A DNA stretch of 64,000 bases from Candidatus Latescibacterota bacterium (GTDB lineage Bacteria > Latescibacterota > UBA2968), in the NCBI GenBank assembly GCA_965198115.1, contig OZ240241.1, forward strand, positions 2,528,001 to 2,592,000, read 5' to 3'. The position numbers and the translations under genes were made by a program. The notes beneath the pieces are model-generated. The model was given only the letters and a program-made list of their open reading frames with translations, did not search any database and had not been told where the DNA came from. Positions 48,299-59,115 of this stretch are shown piece after piece (positions within the stretch are counted from its first letter, which is position 1; every line of letters starts with the position of its first letter).

Positions 48299-49015
48299 AT
48301 GTCTCTGATCACCATCATCGGCCGCGGCCACTCCGGCACACGCGCGATATCACACACGCTCTACGCAAGCGGCGTCTATATGGGCCGGACAATCAATCGG
48401 TCGGGCGACAAAGTCCCACCCGAACAGATGTACGACGCCTGTCGCGTGATGGCGAAATACGTTGAACGGAACGGCGATCTCGCCTGGGATTTCGCTCGCC
48501 TCCACGAAATGGACATCGATCCCGAGTGGGACCGACTGATCGACGGCTACCTGGCGGATGTCTACACGTTCGAGGCCGAGCACAAAGGTTGGAAGATTCC
48601 GGAAACGACACTCGTCTACCCGTGGATCGCCCGCAAGTTTCCCGATGCGAAATTCATCCACTGGGTTCGCGATCCGCGCGACAGCATCATCGGCAGTCAC
48701 AAGACGGACGATCTCAGAGATTTCGGCATCGACTATCCCTCGACGGATGACATTCGTGAAAGACGTGCCATCTCGTGGTACTATCAGTATGAGATTATGA
48801 AAGCGACACCGTCTCCCAGGCACGTTCTGGCGGTTCGGTTTGAAGACTTCGTCTACAAGCACGAGGAAACACTTCAGCGACTCGAAGACTTTCTCGAGAT
48901 CCCCCTTGCCCGAATCATCGTGCGGACAGACCCCATCGGCCGCTGGAAAACGGACGACGAGCGTCACCACTTCGATTTTTTCGAGGAGGCGATGGCCGTT
49001 CACGGCTATGAATGA
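48299..49015 (+). CDS. Sulfotransferase family protein
   Basis: 5'-PSB loop GRGHSGT, GWKIP, 3'-PB motif IHWVRDPRD and VRFEDF. Confidence 0.88.
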   Translation: MSLITIIGRGHSGTRAISHTLYASGVYMGRTINRSGDKVPPEQMYDACRVMAKYVERNGDLAWDFARLHEMDIDPEWDRLIDGYLADVYTFEAEHKGWKIPETTLVYPWIARKFPDAKFIHWVRDPRDSIIGSHKTDDLRDFGIDYPSTDDIRERRAISWYYQYEIMKATPSPRHVLAVRFEDFVYKHEETLQRLEDFLEIPLARIIVRTDPIGRWKTDDERHHFDFFEEAMAVHGYE

Positions 49016-49137
49016 GAACAGACGCGCACTGTGGTGGCCACCGGCCACCTTATCTGATGTCGTGATGCCGCGTAAGGCACCACATAGGTCGTATCGAAGG
49101 ACGGCCGGTGGGCCGTTTGGCAAAGGTGACCGATCGC

Positions 49138-49162
49138 CCCTTCGACTCCGCTCAGGGCAAGC
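49138..49162. repeat. Dispersed short repeat cccttcgactccgctcagggcaagc
   Basis: 23/25 identical to the reverse complement of 7923-7947. Confidence 0.7.
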
Positions 49163-49289
49163 TCTTCGATGCGGCGACTACTAGGACATCCCACAGCCAC
49201 CGGAAATCGCTTCACAAGCCGCCTACTCAGGATGATCGGTCGGTAATCGCTCTTTCATTGAAATGCTCGACATCGTGCATCGAGGACCT

Positions 49290-50260
49290 ATGAAACTTGG
49301 AATCGGCTTTCCACACAGTCAGATGACGGATAAGAATCTGCGATACGCTCGGCAACTCGGCGTCACGCACGTCATCGCTCACTCCCCTCGTCTGGGAGAT
49401 CACGGCTATCACGAACTCGACGAGCTCGTCGCGATGAGGGATCACGTGGAAGATTTCGGAATGACCCTCGAGGGACTCGAGAACCTCCCTCACGACCACT
49501 GGGACCACATCGTTGAGTGGAAGGAGGGTCGGGAAGCCCAGATGAAGAAGGTCCTCCGGACGCTCGAGAATATGGGCAGGGCGGGTATTCCCATTCTTGG
49601 CTACTACTTCGGAATCGCGGGGGTGTGGGGACACTGGCGCAGTTACGACGCGGGTGGAGGAGGCGAGGCGGTGCCGACGTGAAGAGCTTCGACGTCGACC
49701 GTATACCGGACCTCCCCGATCACAGAGCCGCTCCCGTATCGGTCGAGGAGATGTGGGACCGGTTTACGTGGTTTCTCGAACAGGCGATCCCTGTCGCGGA
49801 GAGCGCCGGAGTCAAGCTAGCCGCTCACCAGGATGACCCTCCCGTCGAGGTGCTGCGCGGCACGGGTCGTCTCCTCACGAGTCACGACGCGATGCAGCAT
49901 CTCATCGACCTCGTGCCGAGCCCCAACAACGGATTGGAATTCTGTCAGGGAACGGTGTCGGAGATGGGATCGGACCGAGCGGTCGAGGCCATTCGGCGCT
50001 TTGCCGGACAGGGCAAGATCTTCTACGTTCATTTTCGCAACATCAAGGGCGAGTATCTGAAATTCGACGAGGTGTTCCTGGACGAAGGCGACGTCGACCC
50101 GTTGGAAGCGATGCGCGCCTACAAGGAGGCAGGGTTCGAAGGCGTGTTGACGCCGGACCACTGTCCCGTCATCGAAGGCGAAGGGAGCTATCGCCACCGC
50201 GGGATGGCTTTCTCACTCGGCTATATGCGGGCGTTGATGCAAACGGTGGAAAAAGGCTGA
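49290..50260 (+). CDS. uxuA: Mannonate dehydratase family protein; frameshift near 49665
   Basis: RQLGV, IPVAESAGVKLAAHQDDPP, NGLEFCQG, YVHFRN, TPDH and GYMRAL. Confidence 0.88.
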
Positions 50261-50284
50261 CGAACGAACCGAGGCAACACAGTA

Positions 50285-50381
50285 CAGCGTCCCTGTGCCG
50301 AGCACGGGGACGAGCGTAACGCCTTGTTCAATAGAAATTGATAGATTGCGTATCGCTCGCCCCTGGGCTTTGCCCGGGGCA
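50285..50381. repeat. Two REP-like hairpins between convergent genes (gtccctgtgccgagcacggggac; gcccctgggctttgcccggggc)
   Basis: Both are imperfect palindromes. The first is the insert-free counterpart of 7912-7965. Confidence 0.55.
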
Positions 50382-50436
50382 CGTTGTGGAACCTCTGCAT
50401 CCTCCTCTTCTCGCCTTTCTGTTTCACCCCCGCACC

Positions 50437-51237
50437 TCACACCGCCTTACAGGTAAACCCACCATCGACCACAAGCTGTGTTCCCGTGATGTACTTCGCC
50501 TCATCCGAAGCGAGGAACAAGGCGGCATAGGCCACATCCCACGCGTCCCCCATCTTTCCCGTCGGACAAAGACCGTCCCTCACCTCGATCATCTTCTCGA
50601 CGCTCCCTTCCCCATAAGTCTCCTTAAGCGGTTCCACGATCATCGGTGTGTTCATCATCCCCGGAAGGATGGCGTTCACCCGAATCCCCTTGGCCGCATA
50701 CTGCATCGCCACACTCCGTGTGAACTGAAGGATGGCGCCCTTGGTCGCGCTGTAGGAGATGTAATCGGCCCCGATGTGTCGAATGCCCGAGATGGATGAC
50801 AGATTGACGATCGCACCTCGCCCCTGCTTCTCCATATGGGGCAGAACGAACTTACAGGTCAGGAACATACTCTTGAGGTTGACGTCGACCACGCGATCCC
50901 AGCTGGCTTCACTCGCTTCGACGGGACCGCCGATTTCGAGAATCCCCACGTTGTTGTGCAGGATATCGACACGGCCATACGTGTCGAGACAGCCCTGAAC
51001 CATCGCTTCCACGCTGTTGGACCGGGACACGTCGGCCTCGCACGTCTCGCACTGACCGCCCTCCTCTTCGACGATCGCTCGCGTCTCTTCTGCTGCCTCC
51101 AGGTTCAGGTCGACAGCCCATACCTTGGCGCCTTCACGCGCGAACAACACGGCCGTCGCCTTCCCGTTTCCCCATCCGGGACCCGATGATCCCGCTCCTG
51201 TTACGATCGCTATCTTGTCTTTGAGACGATCACCCAT
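50437..51237 (-). CDS. Short-chain dehydrogenase/reductase
   Basis: VTGAGS..GNG, NNVG, YSATK (YxxxK) and IRVNAILPG. Confidence 0.95.
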   Translation of the reverse strand: MGDRLKDKIAIVTGAGSSGPGWGNGKATAVLFAREGAKVWAVDLNLEAAEETRAIVEEEGGQCETCEADVSRSNSVEAMVQGCLDTYGRVDILHNNVGILEIGGPVEASEASWDRVVDVNLKSMFLTCKFVLPHMEKQGRGAIVNLSSISGIRHIGADYISYSATKGAILQFTRSVAMQYAAKGIRVNAILPGMMNTPMIVEPLKETYGEGSVEKMIEVRDGLCPTGKMGDAWDVAYAALFLASDEAKYITGTQLVVDGGFTCKAV

Positions 51238-51255
51238 CCAACTCCTCGTTTCTGC

Positions 51256-51921
51256 CTATGTCGATGCACCCAACAGGAAAACCGCGAACGTGTCCTGCGC
51301 CCAGACTGACCTGACCACATCGAAACCCGCGTCTGCCGCCGCATCGATCGTTTCCGCTTCAGTCAGTGGGAAATCACGGGTCCCTTCCTTCTCGAAATTC
51401 CGTTCGATCAGACCATCCGAACATCCTGACGCACGCGCGTGCTCGATTCGCGTTCTCACCCATCGATCCTGGACCTCAGGGTCCTCGTGACGGATCAAGT
51501 CGCCCCAGACGAAGATGCCGTTCGGCTCCAACCATTCGCGAATGCGGCTGAGTAATGCCAACTTGGGCGCGTGGGAGATGTTGTGAAGGACCAGGTTCGA
51601 ATAAATGGCCCCATACAGGCGGTCGGACACGAAATCGATGATGTTCGCGTGGACAAAAGTCACCCGGTCATTCGCAGAGAGGCGATCCTTCGCCCGCGCC
51701 ATCATATCCGCCGACACCTCGACGGCTGTCAGACACGCATAGTCCACCGCTTGGACAGCCGCTTCCGCGAGGTTGCCGACACCCGACCCGATCTCCAGGA
51801 TCGACGAGGGCCGCTCCCGTTCGAGTGTCCGCGTGATACACGCCACCATCTCATCATACCCGGGGACCAGCTGACGGATTTTGACGTCGTAATCCTGACT
51901 GAGGTCGGTGTAGTAGTCCAT
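51256..51921 (-). CDS. Class I SAM-dependent methyltransferase (CmoA-like)
   Basis: YDVKIRQLVPGY, ILEIGSGVG, SNLVLH and LEPNG. Confidence 0.88.
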   Translation of the reverse strand: MDYYTDLSQDYDVKIRQLVPGYDEMVACITRTLERERPSSILEIGSGVGNLAEAAVQAVDYACLTAVEVSADMMARAKDRLSANDRVTFVHANIIDFVSDRLYGAIYSNLVLHNISHAPKLALLSRIREWLEPNGIFVWGDLIRHEDPEVQDRWVRTRIEHARASGCSDGLIERNFEKEGTRDFPLTEAETIDAAADAGFDVVRSVWAQDTFAVFLLGAST

Positions 51922-51931
51922 CGGGAGGGAT

Positions 51932-52939
51932 TTACAAATGGCGCTCCAGAAACGGAGCCGCCAGGTCCCACTTGAGGAAGTGACCTTCGGGATGGAGGAC
52001 ATAATCGAAACAGTCCTCCGCATCGCACTTCGCATACGCCGTCGCTACCGTTTCGACCATCGCGTCTCGGTCGTCTGGCGTGATCAGTCCGTCCAGCGCC
52101 CCTGCCTGCAGCTGCATCGGTCGTGGGGCGATCAGACTGAACAGCTCGGGCACGTCACCATACTGGAGGATCCCTGGAAAGTACTGAATCCCGCACGAAC
52201 TAAGCTTCAGCGAGCGCTCGCGGAATACGTTCATACAACCCGCAGGCACACTTGCTTTAATTCGACGTTCAAAGATCGTCAGCCACATCGTCGTTCTGCC
52301 CCCGTAGGAGTTTCCGATGCAGCCGATTCTTTCGGAATCGACCACGGGCATTTCGCACAAGGCGTCGACCGCCGCCTGTCCGTCCTGGATGTGCAGATCG
52401 GTCACGTTCATCCCATACAGCGATGCGGCATTTTGAATCACATTGCACTTGTCCCGGCCACCGACCTGTTCCAGATGTCCATCCCGCCCGTGCCATCCCC
52501 ACCAGGATGGCGCGATCACGACGTACCCATCGCTCACGGCTGAAAGGCCATACGCGCGTTTCGCTCCCTCTTCGTCCAACTCTCCCACACCACACGTCGC
52601 GTCGATACCCCGCTGAACGTGTCCGTGCGAAGCGATCAATGCCGGGCGTTTCTCACCCTCCGAGAGATCGTTTGGAATCAGCACGTAGGCGATCAGTGCC
52701 GACACCTCCGAAACGGCGATACGAACGGTCTTGCGAGTGTGATTCTCCTCCTCGTCCTCCGAAATGACCTCCACATCCAACGCGACACGCTCGGGCAGTG
52801 GCCCGCGCAGCGTCGTCACGGCATTGCGAAACTTCCGCTGCCACGTTTCGAAATCGCCCTCTCCGTCGTACTGCATCAGCGGAGGTCGAGCTTCGCCATA
52901 GGCGTCTATGAACGAAATGAACGACTCGGGCTGTGTCAT
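51932..52939 (-). CDS. Alpha/beta hydrolase (dienelactone hydrolase / acetyl esterase-like)
   Basis: SHGH, RIGCIGNSYGG nucleophile elbow, LIAPRP and GH. Confidence 0.88.
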   Translation of the reverse strand: MTQPESFISFIDAYGEARPPLMQYDGEGDFETWQRKFRNAVTTLRGPLPERVALDVEVISEDEEENHTRKTVRIAVSEVSALIAYVLIPNDLSEGEKRPALIASHGHVQRGIDATCGVGELDEEGAKRAYGLSAVSDGYVVIAPSWWGWHGRDGHLEQVGGRDKCNVIQNAASLYGMNVTDLHIQDGQAAVDALCEMPVVDSERIGCIGNSYGGRTTMWLTIFERRIKASVPAGCMNVFRERSLKLSSCGIQYFPGILQYGDVPELFSLIAPRPMQLQAGALDGLITPDDRDAMVETVATAYAKCDAEDCFDYVLHPEGHFLKWDLAAPFLERHL

Positions 52940-53062
52940 AGGGGGTCTCCTGGCAATCGCCGAGATTCCTGGTTGGTCTGCCTACTTTTCAGTGGCGGGC
53001 TGGCTGGCAATCTGCATCTTACCCGCTGCCTGAAAACCACGCAACGAAAATGGGAGGTCACC

Positions 53063-53803
53063 GTGCAATCACCCAACCGAATCCTCGAACGTGTTCGCAA
53101 CGGCGAAAAAGCGCTCGGTCTTTCGATGCAATATCCGGCCGAGCAATGGGTCGAAATCGCCGCGCGTATGGGCTTCGACTTCGTGTCCTTCGACGGCCAA
53201 CACGGCGTCGTGACACACCAGCAGATCGAAACGATGTGCCGACTGGCCGACGGCTACGGCATCACACCCACAATGCGCGTGCCGGACGAACACGAAAGCA
53301 CGCTCTTCCTGTTTTTGGACCGCGGCATCCGAATGGCCACCGTCCCGAACCTACGAACAGCGGAAGAGGCGGAACGCCTCGTGAAGTACTGTTTCTACGG
53401 GCCCATCGGACGACGCAGCGCCACGAGCCAGCGAGTGATTTTTGGTTCGGGTGGCGACAGCTCGGATTCGAAGCACGTCTTCAACTTCGCCAACGAGAAT
53501 ACGATCATCGTGCCGCAGCTCGAAAGCAAGGAAGCGTTTGACAACCTCGACGAGATCCTGGAAGTCGACGGCCTCGACTATTTCGCCGGAGGACCGCAGG
53601 ACATCGCTCAATCGATGGGCTATCACGGCGAGCCGAACCATCCCGAAAGCGTCGCGGCCTTCAACGCTGCGTGCGACAAGGTGCGTGCCGCCGGAAAGCA
53701 TATGATCAGCGACGTGACCGAATCGATCGACGTGTATGCATCCGTTTATGACGCCAGCAAGGAGTTCCTGGAGAGTCACGGACGCGAGTGCGGTCTCAAG
53801 TAA
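53063..53803 (+). CDS. HpcH/HpaI aldolase family protein
   Basis: GFDFVSFDGQHG, MRVP, PIGRRS, QLES and GPQD. GGAGG RBS. Confidence 0.9.
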   Translation: MQSPNRILERVRNGEKALGLSMQYPAEQWVEIAARMGFDFVSFDGQHGVVTHQQIETMCRLADGYGITPTMRVPDEHESTLFLFLDRGIRMATVPNLRTAEEAERLVKYCFYGPIGRRSATSQRVIFGSGGDSSDSKHVFNFANENTIIVPQLESKEAFDNLDEILEVDGLDYFAGGPQDIAQSMGYHGEPNHPESVAAFNAACDKVRAAGKHMISDVTESIDVYASVYDASKEFLESHGRECGLK

Positions 53804-53845
53804 TCGAGAACCGAATATCGAGAATTGAAAGATGGCTTAGTCAAG

Positions 53846-53867
53846 AAAGTGGCCCCGGGGCCACTTT
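53846..53867. terminator. Perfect 22-bp palindrome aaagtggccccggggccacttt between convergent genes
   Basis: Read directly. A/T tracts on both sides suggest a bidirectional terminator. Confidence 0.55.
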
Positions 53868-53925
53868 TATAGAAAAATCGCATATCTTTAATAAAAACAG
53901 TGTATTGTTCGTTCTTCGGATCTGC

Positions 53926-53960
53926 CCGTTTACCGTCTACCGTCAACCGTCTACTGCTTA
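53926..53960. repeat. Five degenerate tandem heptamers (ccgtcta type)
   Basis: ccgttta ccgtcta ccgtcaa ccgtcta ctgctta. Confidence 0.6.
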
Positions 53961-53990
53961 CCCGCACCGGTGCTCAGCCCCACGACCCGG

Positions 53991-54836
53991 TCACAGGTCA
54001 TCGATAAACCGCAACTCCGCCTCCAACGCTTTCTCCCCATACCAATGCTCCAACAATAGCGTCGCATCCCAATCCTTCAATCGTGCGTGGAGCTCGTCGG
54101 GCAGCGTATCCTCGTGCAGGCTCATATGCGTATCCTGACGCCCCACATTCGTCACGAGGTCGTTCCCGTTCCAGTGGATGTGGCGGAGCGCATCCCCCGC
54201 ATCCAGATAGCGGAGCATTAACGCTTCGCGCTCCTGTGTGTCGGTCAGGGTCTGTACGTAGGTGCAGGCGTGGCTCGTATCCAGACACAGAAAGACGTTC
54301 GACCGATCGACGTCTCGCTGAATCCCGATCCACTCGTCGGGTTCCACACCGAAGTATTCGTTCTGAGCTGCCCTGTCGACCTGGGCTGCCGGCGTATCCT
54401 CCGACACCCCTTCCCAGTAGGCTCGATTGTTCTCGACCACCACCATCAGCCCGTGACTGTCGGCTTTGTCGCCGATACGACGGATCGCGTCGATCAATCG
54501 ATCGTATGTTCCCTGGAGCGGCCTTGCGTCGCTCGCCCAGCGCTTCGGCGAGCAGTGCATATTGATCTTCTCCAGGTTGGGAAACTTCGTGTGTGCTCCG
54601 TCGATGTAGGCTTCGATCTCCGCGATCCCGGTCTCCCGCAACGCGTCATCCACATCGGCGATACTCGTCCGCCCGGCCTTGGAGCTGAAGGGCGCGTGCG
54701 CGGTAAGTACGAGATCCTCTACCCCTTCCTGCGCGCTGTCTCCGAGCCTCGTTCCCGCCTCTGCCCCGAACCCGTATCGCGACAGAACCTCGCGTCCGGC
54801 CCCGCACGGCAGCAAAATCGTGTCTGGTCTGCTCAT
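53991..54836 (-). CDS. Xylose isomerase-like/AP endonuclease 2 TIM-barrel protein
   Basis: TAHAP, NMH, VVENN, CLDTSH, HIH..ND..DTH and LLE. Confidence 0.82.
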   Translation of the reverse strand: MSRPDTILLPCGAGREVLSRYGFGAEAGTRLGDSAQEGVEDLVLTAHAPFSSKAGRTSIADVDDALRETGIAEIEAYIDGAHTKFPNLEKINMHCSPKRWASDARPLQGTYDRLIDAIRRIGDKADSHGLMVVVENNRAYWEGVSEDTPAAQVDRAAQNEYFGVEPDEWIGIQRDVDRSNVFLCLDTSHACTYVQTLTDTQEREALMLRYLDAGDALRHIHWNGNDLVTNVGRQDTHMSLHEDTLPDELHARLKDWDATLLLEHWYGEKALEAELRFIDDL

Positions 54837-55897
54837 TCCGTATTACCCCCGTCCGTCAGGTGGGCATAGGTGGTCCCATCGAGACTGCCACCTGTCTCCT
54901 CAAACCCATCCAGGTTGAGATCCTTGAGTCGAAACGTCGTTTCGTGCCGAATCGCGTTCACCACCGTCTCGCCCGGACTCTCCATCTTGACGCGTTCTTC
55001 GTCCGGCAGACGGGGAACCCATCTTGGGAACTGACCATTCATCCGCATCGTGTCCGTCGACTCGGGCGGACGACCCAGATTGACCAGGGATCGATCTGCG
55101 GTGACCGAATCGACGAAACCGTGTTCGTTTTCCCATTGTGTCAAACGCTGGTGCATCGTCCCCGCGCGACTGACATCTTCTTTCGCGACCTCACCCAACA
55201 GTCGATTGCAGTCCTCGCACGGATCGTCGGCCAGATTGTAGAGCTCTCGCCATCCGTCCGCGAGCCAGACATTGTATTTCCAGTCGTCCTCCCGCAGCGA
55301 CAGCCACCGACTCTCGCCACAGCCGATCTCCACGATCATTTCATCCCGTCGTTCGCCCAGCCCGCCTCCCTGCCATCCCAGAAGCGAGGCGCCCGCAAGC
55401 GGCTTCTCTCCCGGATACGCGAGCTCCGCAACATCTAAAAATGTGGGCACCAGGTCGAGCAAACTGACGGGTTCGTCATTGTCGATTCCCGCTTCGATGC
55501 GTCCCGGCAATCGTACGAGCATCGGCACGCGCACGCTACCCTCGTAGGGAATCCCCTTCTGCCACAGACCGTGATCACCCATCATCTCACCGTGATCGGA
55601 CACGATCGTATTTTCCGCAAGCCCTATATCGTCGAGCGGCTCAAGGATCCGTCCTACCCCCTTATCGATCAGGCTGATGCTCCCCGCGTAGAGCGCCTTG
55701 ACGCGCCTCAGCATCTCGGGAGACGCGTCACCCATATCGAAAGCGTTTGTGATGCCGCGATGGCGACCCGGTAGCGTCGCCACGTCTCGATCGAAATTGT
55801 GGGGCAACGGCAACGCATCGGGATCGTAGAGACTCGCAAAAGGCTCCGGCGGATTCCACGGTGGGTGTGGCGCAATCCAACTCGACCAGCAGAAAAC

Positions 55898-57319
55898 GGC
55901 TATATCCGGATCTCTCAACGAGATGAAGTGGGTGAAGGTGCCGTGGTTCCTGGCATGGGGGCGCGGTTAGAGTGTGCGGAACCTCTTCGGAATCTGCTCA
56001 GGGATGTTTATGTCTCCGACGGTAAGGAAGATCATATCGTTGAATGCGTCGAGTGTGCGGAATCCGCTGGCTCGGTTCTTGACGATTTGGACGATTCGGT
56101 TGAGGCCTTCGGCGATGGCGTTGGTAAGACGCGTGTTCACGAATGCGAGGACGCCGAAGAAGTGCTGTCGCAGGGTCCTGACGAACTTTCGCAGGGGTTC
56201 ACGTCGACTTCTGAGTGCGGACGTCGTCCAGCATTTCAGGAAGCGTTCGGCAGCCCAGGGCGCTTTGTATTCCCAGAACTGCTCGAACTCGTCCTTGAGT
56301 CTCCAGGCTCTATAGATTCGGTAGTTCGCCTTCTCCAGTGCTTTGAGTGTCCGAGTATCCCCTCTGGAGCGTGTCGCTGAGTGCCGGTAGAGGAGCCATC
56401 GGAGGCCCTTCATGGCTTTGCGCTCATCCGGGGCAGCTTTACGCCACTGGTCCTTACGGACCTCGTCAACGGCGGCATATTGAGAGCCTTGACGATGTGA
56501 AAGCGATCGAGGACCAGCTTGGCATTCGGACAGTGTTCCTGGATGGCTCCGATGTAAGCTTCGCTCATGTCGCAGCAGGCCCACTCGATCTTGGATCTCC
56601 GGTAGGGACTGAGAGCCTCTGTGAAGAACCGATCGATCGTTTTACGCGCCCTGCCGCGGCCAACCCACACCACGCAGGAGCGGTCCAGATCGTAAACGAG
56701 CGTGGCGTACCTGTGACGCTTGGCGTAGGAGATCTCGTCGATCCCGATGGTTTTGAGCCCTCGGATACGATGACCTTCACGAAGCCGCGTGATGGATCGG
56801 TGAAGGAGATCCGACAGCGTCGAGGCAGAGATGCGCAGTAACTCGGACGCCGCCTTCTGCGTCATGGTCTGGCAGTAGCGCAGCATGGCATACTCGAAGC
56901 GATACGTCACCCGAGAGAACCGCTCCGCCCACGGAATCTCCTCGACCACACGACCGTGGGTAGGACACCGAATCTCCCGAGGATGGTAGAGAAGCCAGAC
57001 CCTCCACCCGCACACCGGAATGTCACGCCACCGACGCGGATGGGGCATTGTGCGGACGATTTTACCTCGACGGCCGCACTCCGGACAACAACAACCATTC
57101 TTATGTGGCTTTACGGCGATGACGAAACAGCTTCTCCCCTCAAACCACCAGCTGACAACACGGAACCCCTTGAATCTCAGCAGTTTCGATAGTAATCTGC
57201 TCCCGGTCATAGGTCGCACCCCCTTCGCTTTGATTGTCCTACACACACAACCAAGCGTAGGGAACGATCTATGACCTTGTCATTCTATAGTTTCACCGTT
57301 GAGAAACCCGGATAGAGCC
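55898..57319 (-). mobile_element. ISL3-family insertion sequence, about 1.42 kb
   Basis: 23-bp terminal inverted repeats (ggctatatccggatctctcaacg / ggctctatccgggtttctcaacg, 20/23). Flanking duplication cagaaaac/cagaaaaa. Confidence 0.92.
55967..57210 (-). CDS. ISL3 transposase; 2-nt frameshift near 56480
   Basis: Zn ribbon CPECG, IGIDE, CDM..Y, DRFH and TNAIAEGLN..GFR. Confidence 0.93.
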
Positions 57320-58015
57320 CAGAAAAAAGGGCTTCTCCTGATTGCTCGCCAGGAATTCGATCGTCCGATCGGCGACCCAGCTGCTGCCGTGATGTTCTTC
57401 CGGGATGACCGAAACCTGCGGAAGGTGATAGAGCAGATTCCGAACCCCGTGGGCCTCGCGTTTGTGACCGTAGCCGACGAACTGTAAATAGGTCAGATAC
57501 TCGTCTTCGTCCCGAAAGTCCGGGATCTCCTCCATCAGCTCCATCTTGTGGAATCCGAAATGCCGTCGCACGGACCGAAAATGCATCTTGCCGATCGCTC
57601 GGGTGCGATACCCGTTCAATCCCAGGATCTGCTGGATCGTCGGGACCATCGGCTCGGGGTTCGGAACGTTGTTGCTGTAACGACCGTGCACGGCGCATCG
57701 ATGTCCCGTCATAAAGGAATGCCTCGCCGCCACACAGACAGGCACGGGCGTCACGCACTGCGAGAACCGTGTCCCCTCAGCAGCCAACCGGTCGAGCGCC
57801 GGCGTCCGAACCCACGGATTCCCAGCGCATCCCATATAATCCGCCCGCATCTGGTCCACCATCAGAACCAGAATGTTGGGCGTCGTGGCAATGATTTCAG
57901 ATGGCATTGAAGAAACCCTTTGGCTTGGGACTAAGGCTGATGCAGCAATGCGCCCCTGTGCGAGGCACGAGGGCGCCATAGCCACGCCCGCTCTCCCCGT
58001 CTCCCGCTCGCCCCC

Positions 58016-58919
58016 TCAGTCTTTCCAGGTCATCAGAGGTTCGAGGTCTCCGAGAATCTCATCCAAATAAGCCGAACTCGTCCAGAGGCATCTGCCCATT
58101 TCGCTTGTAAGCGCTCTTGATCACTCCACGCCGTTTGAGAACTTCCTTATAGCAGCCCGGCAGTTGGTGCTCGAAGTGAAACAGCGGGCTCATCTCCTTG
58201 TAGATGTGCATCGTGCGTTCAGCGTCACCTTCCTCGAGAGCCTTCCAGAGCTGGACGACAACATCCGTTACGTGACAACCTGGCATCTGTCCACAGGCGC
58301 CCCGCCGATGTTCTTCGACCAGATAGCGCCCTCCGGCTCCCCCCATCACACCTTTGCAGGATCCGGAATTGTTCTCGAGTAAACGGGTGATGGCGAGTGT
58401 GGAAGGGGGCGTCTCTTCCTTGATGTATTCGACGTGTTCGATTTCATCACACATCTGGTTCACAAACTCTGCGGACATCACCGTTCCGATGGGGGGCGGA
58501 TTGTTCTGAACCCACACGGGCAGACCCGCCGCGCGCGCAATCATCTCATAGTATTCGTAGATCGCCGCCATCGCAGGTGCTTTCTTCCACGCATAAGGAG
58601 GCATCGCGATCACGCTGTCGGCACCGATCTCTCGCGCGTGAGCGGCGAACTTCGCGGCGGCCTGTCCGGACAGATGCTGGATCCCGATCACGGTGGGCAC
58701 TCGGCCCGCACACTGATCGACGAGGATTTCCGACATCGTCCTGCGCTCCTCGTCAGAGAGCGTCGAAAATTCGCTCGCGTTGACCGGATAGACGAGGCCG
58801 TGGGCCCCGCAGTCGATGCAGAAATCGACAACACGGCAAAAACTCTCGGTATCGATCTCCCCCTTCTCGTCGAACGGTGTCGTTGGAATCGTGAAGATCC
58901 CACGGAATGCGTCTGCCAT
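58016..58919 (-). CDS. Dihydrodipicolinate synthase/N-acetylneuraminate lyase family protein; probable frameshift near 58072
   Basis: TTPFDE, NASEF, MPPY and YIKEE (Schiff-base Lys). The shifted frame ends YLDEILGDLEPLMTWKD*. Confidence 0.88.
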
Positions 58920-59115
58920 ATGGTCTCCAGCAAAGTACAATGGCCGAGCAGGCGACTCGGCGAACGCGCGTGGCAGTTATCCTCCCCCGCGCTGCCCTCC
59001 GCTTAAAGGGGAGGAGTTACAAAAGTCACAGCCACGCCTGCTCGCACCCACGCCCCGCTCGATCTTTATGATCATTCTTACTCATCCTAATGCGAGACGA
59101 AGGCGTACCCTACCG

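Larger units (their letters stand above)
54833..57907 (-). pseudogene. Sulfatase (choline-sulfatase-like) interrupted by ISL3
   Basis: The 5' part (57320-57907) has PNIL..DQMRAD, TPALD, CVAAR (CxxxR) and GKMHF. The 3' part (54833-55897) has PHPPW, SDHGEMMGDHG and LYNLADDP. Confidence 0.9.

Noticed and set aside
56470-56490. Programmed frameshift in the ISL3 transposase
   Set aside because: ISL3 transposases are normally single ORFs and no slippery heptamer is present. The extra AT looks like an error or a mutation.
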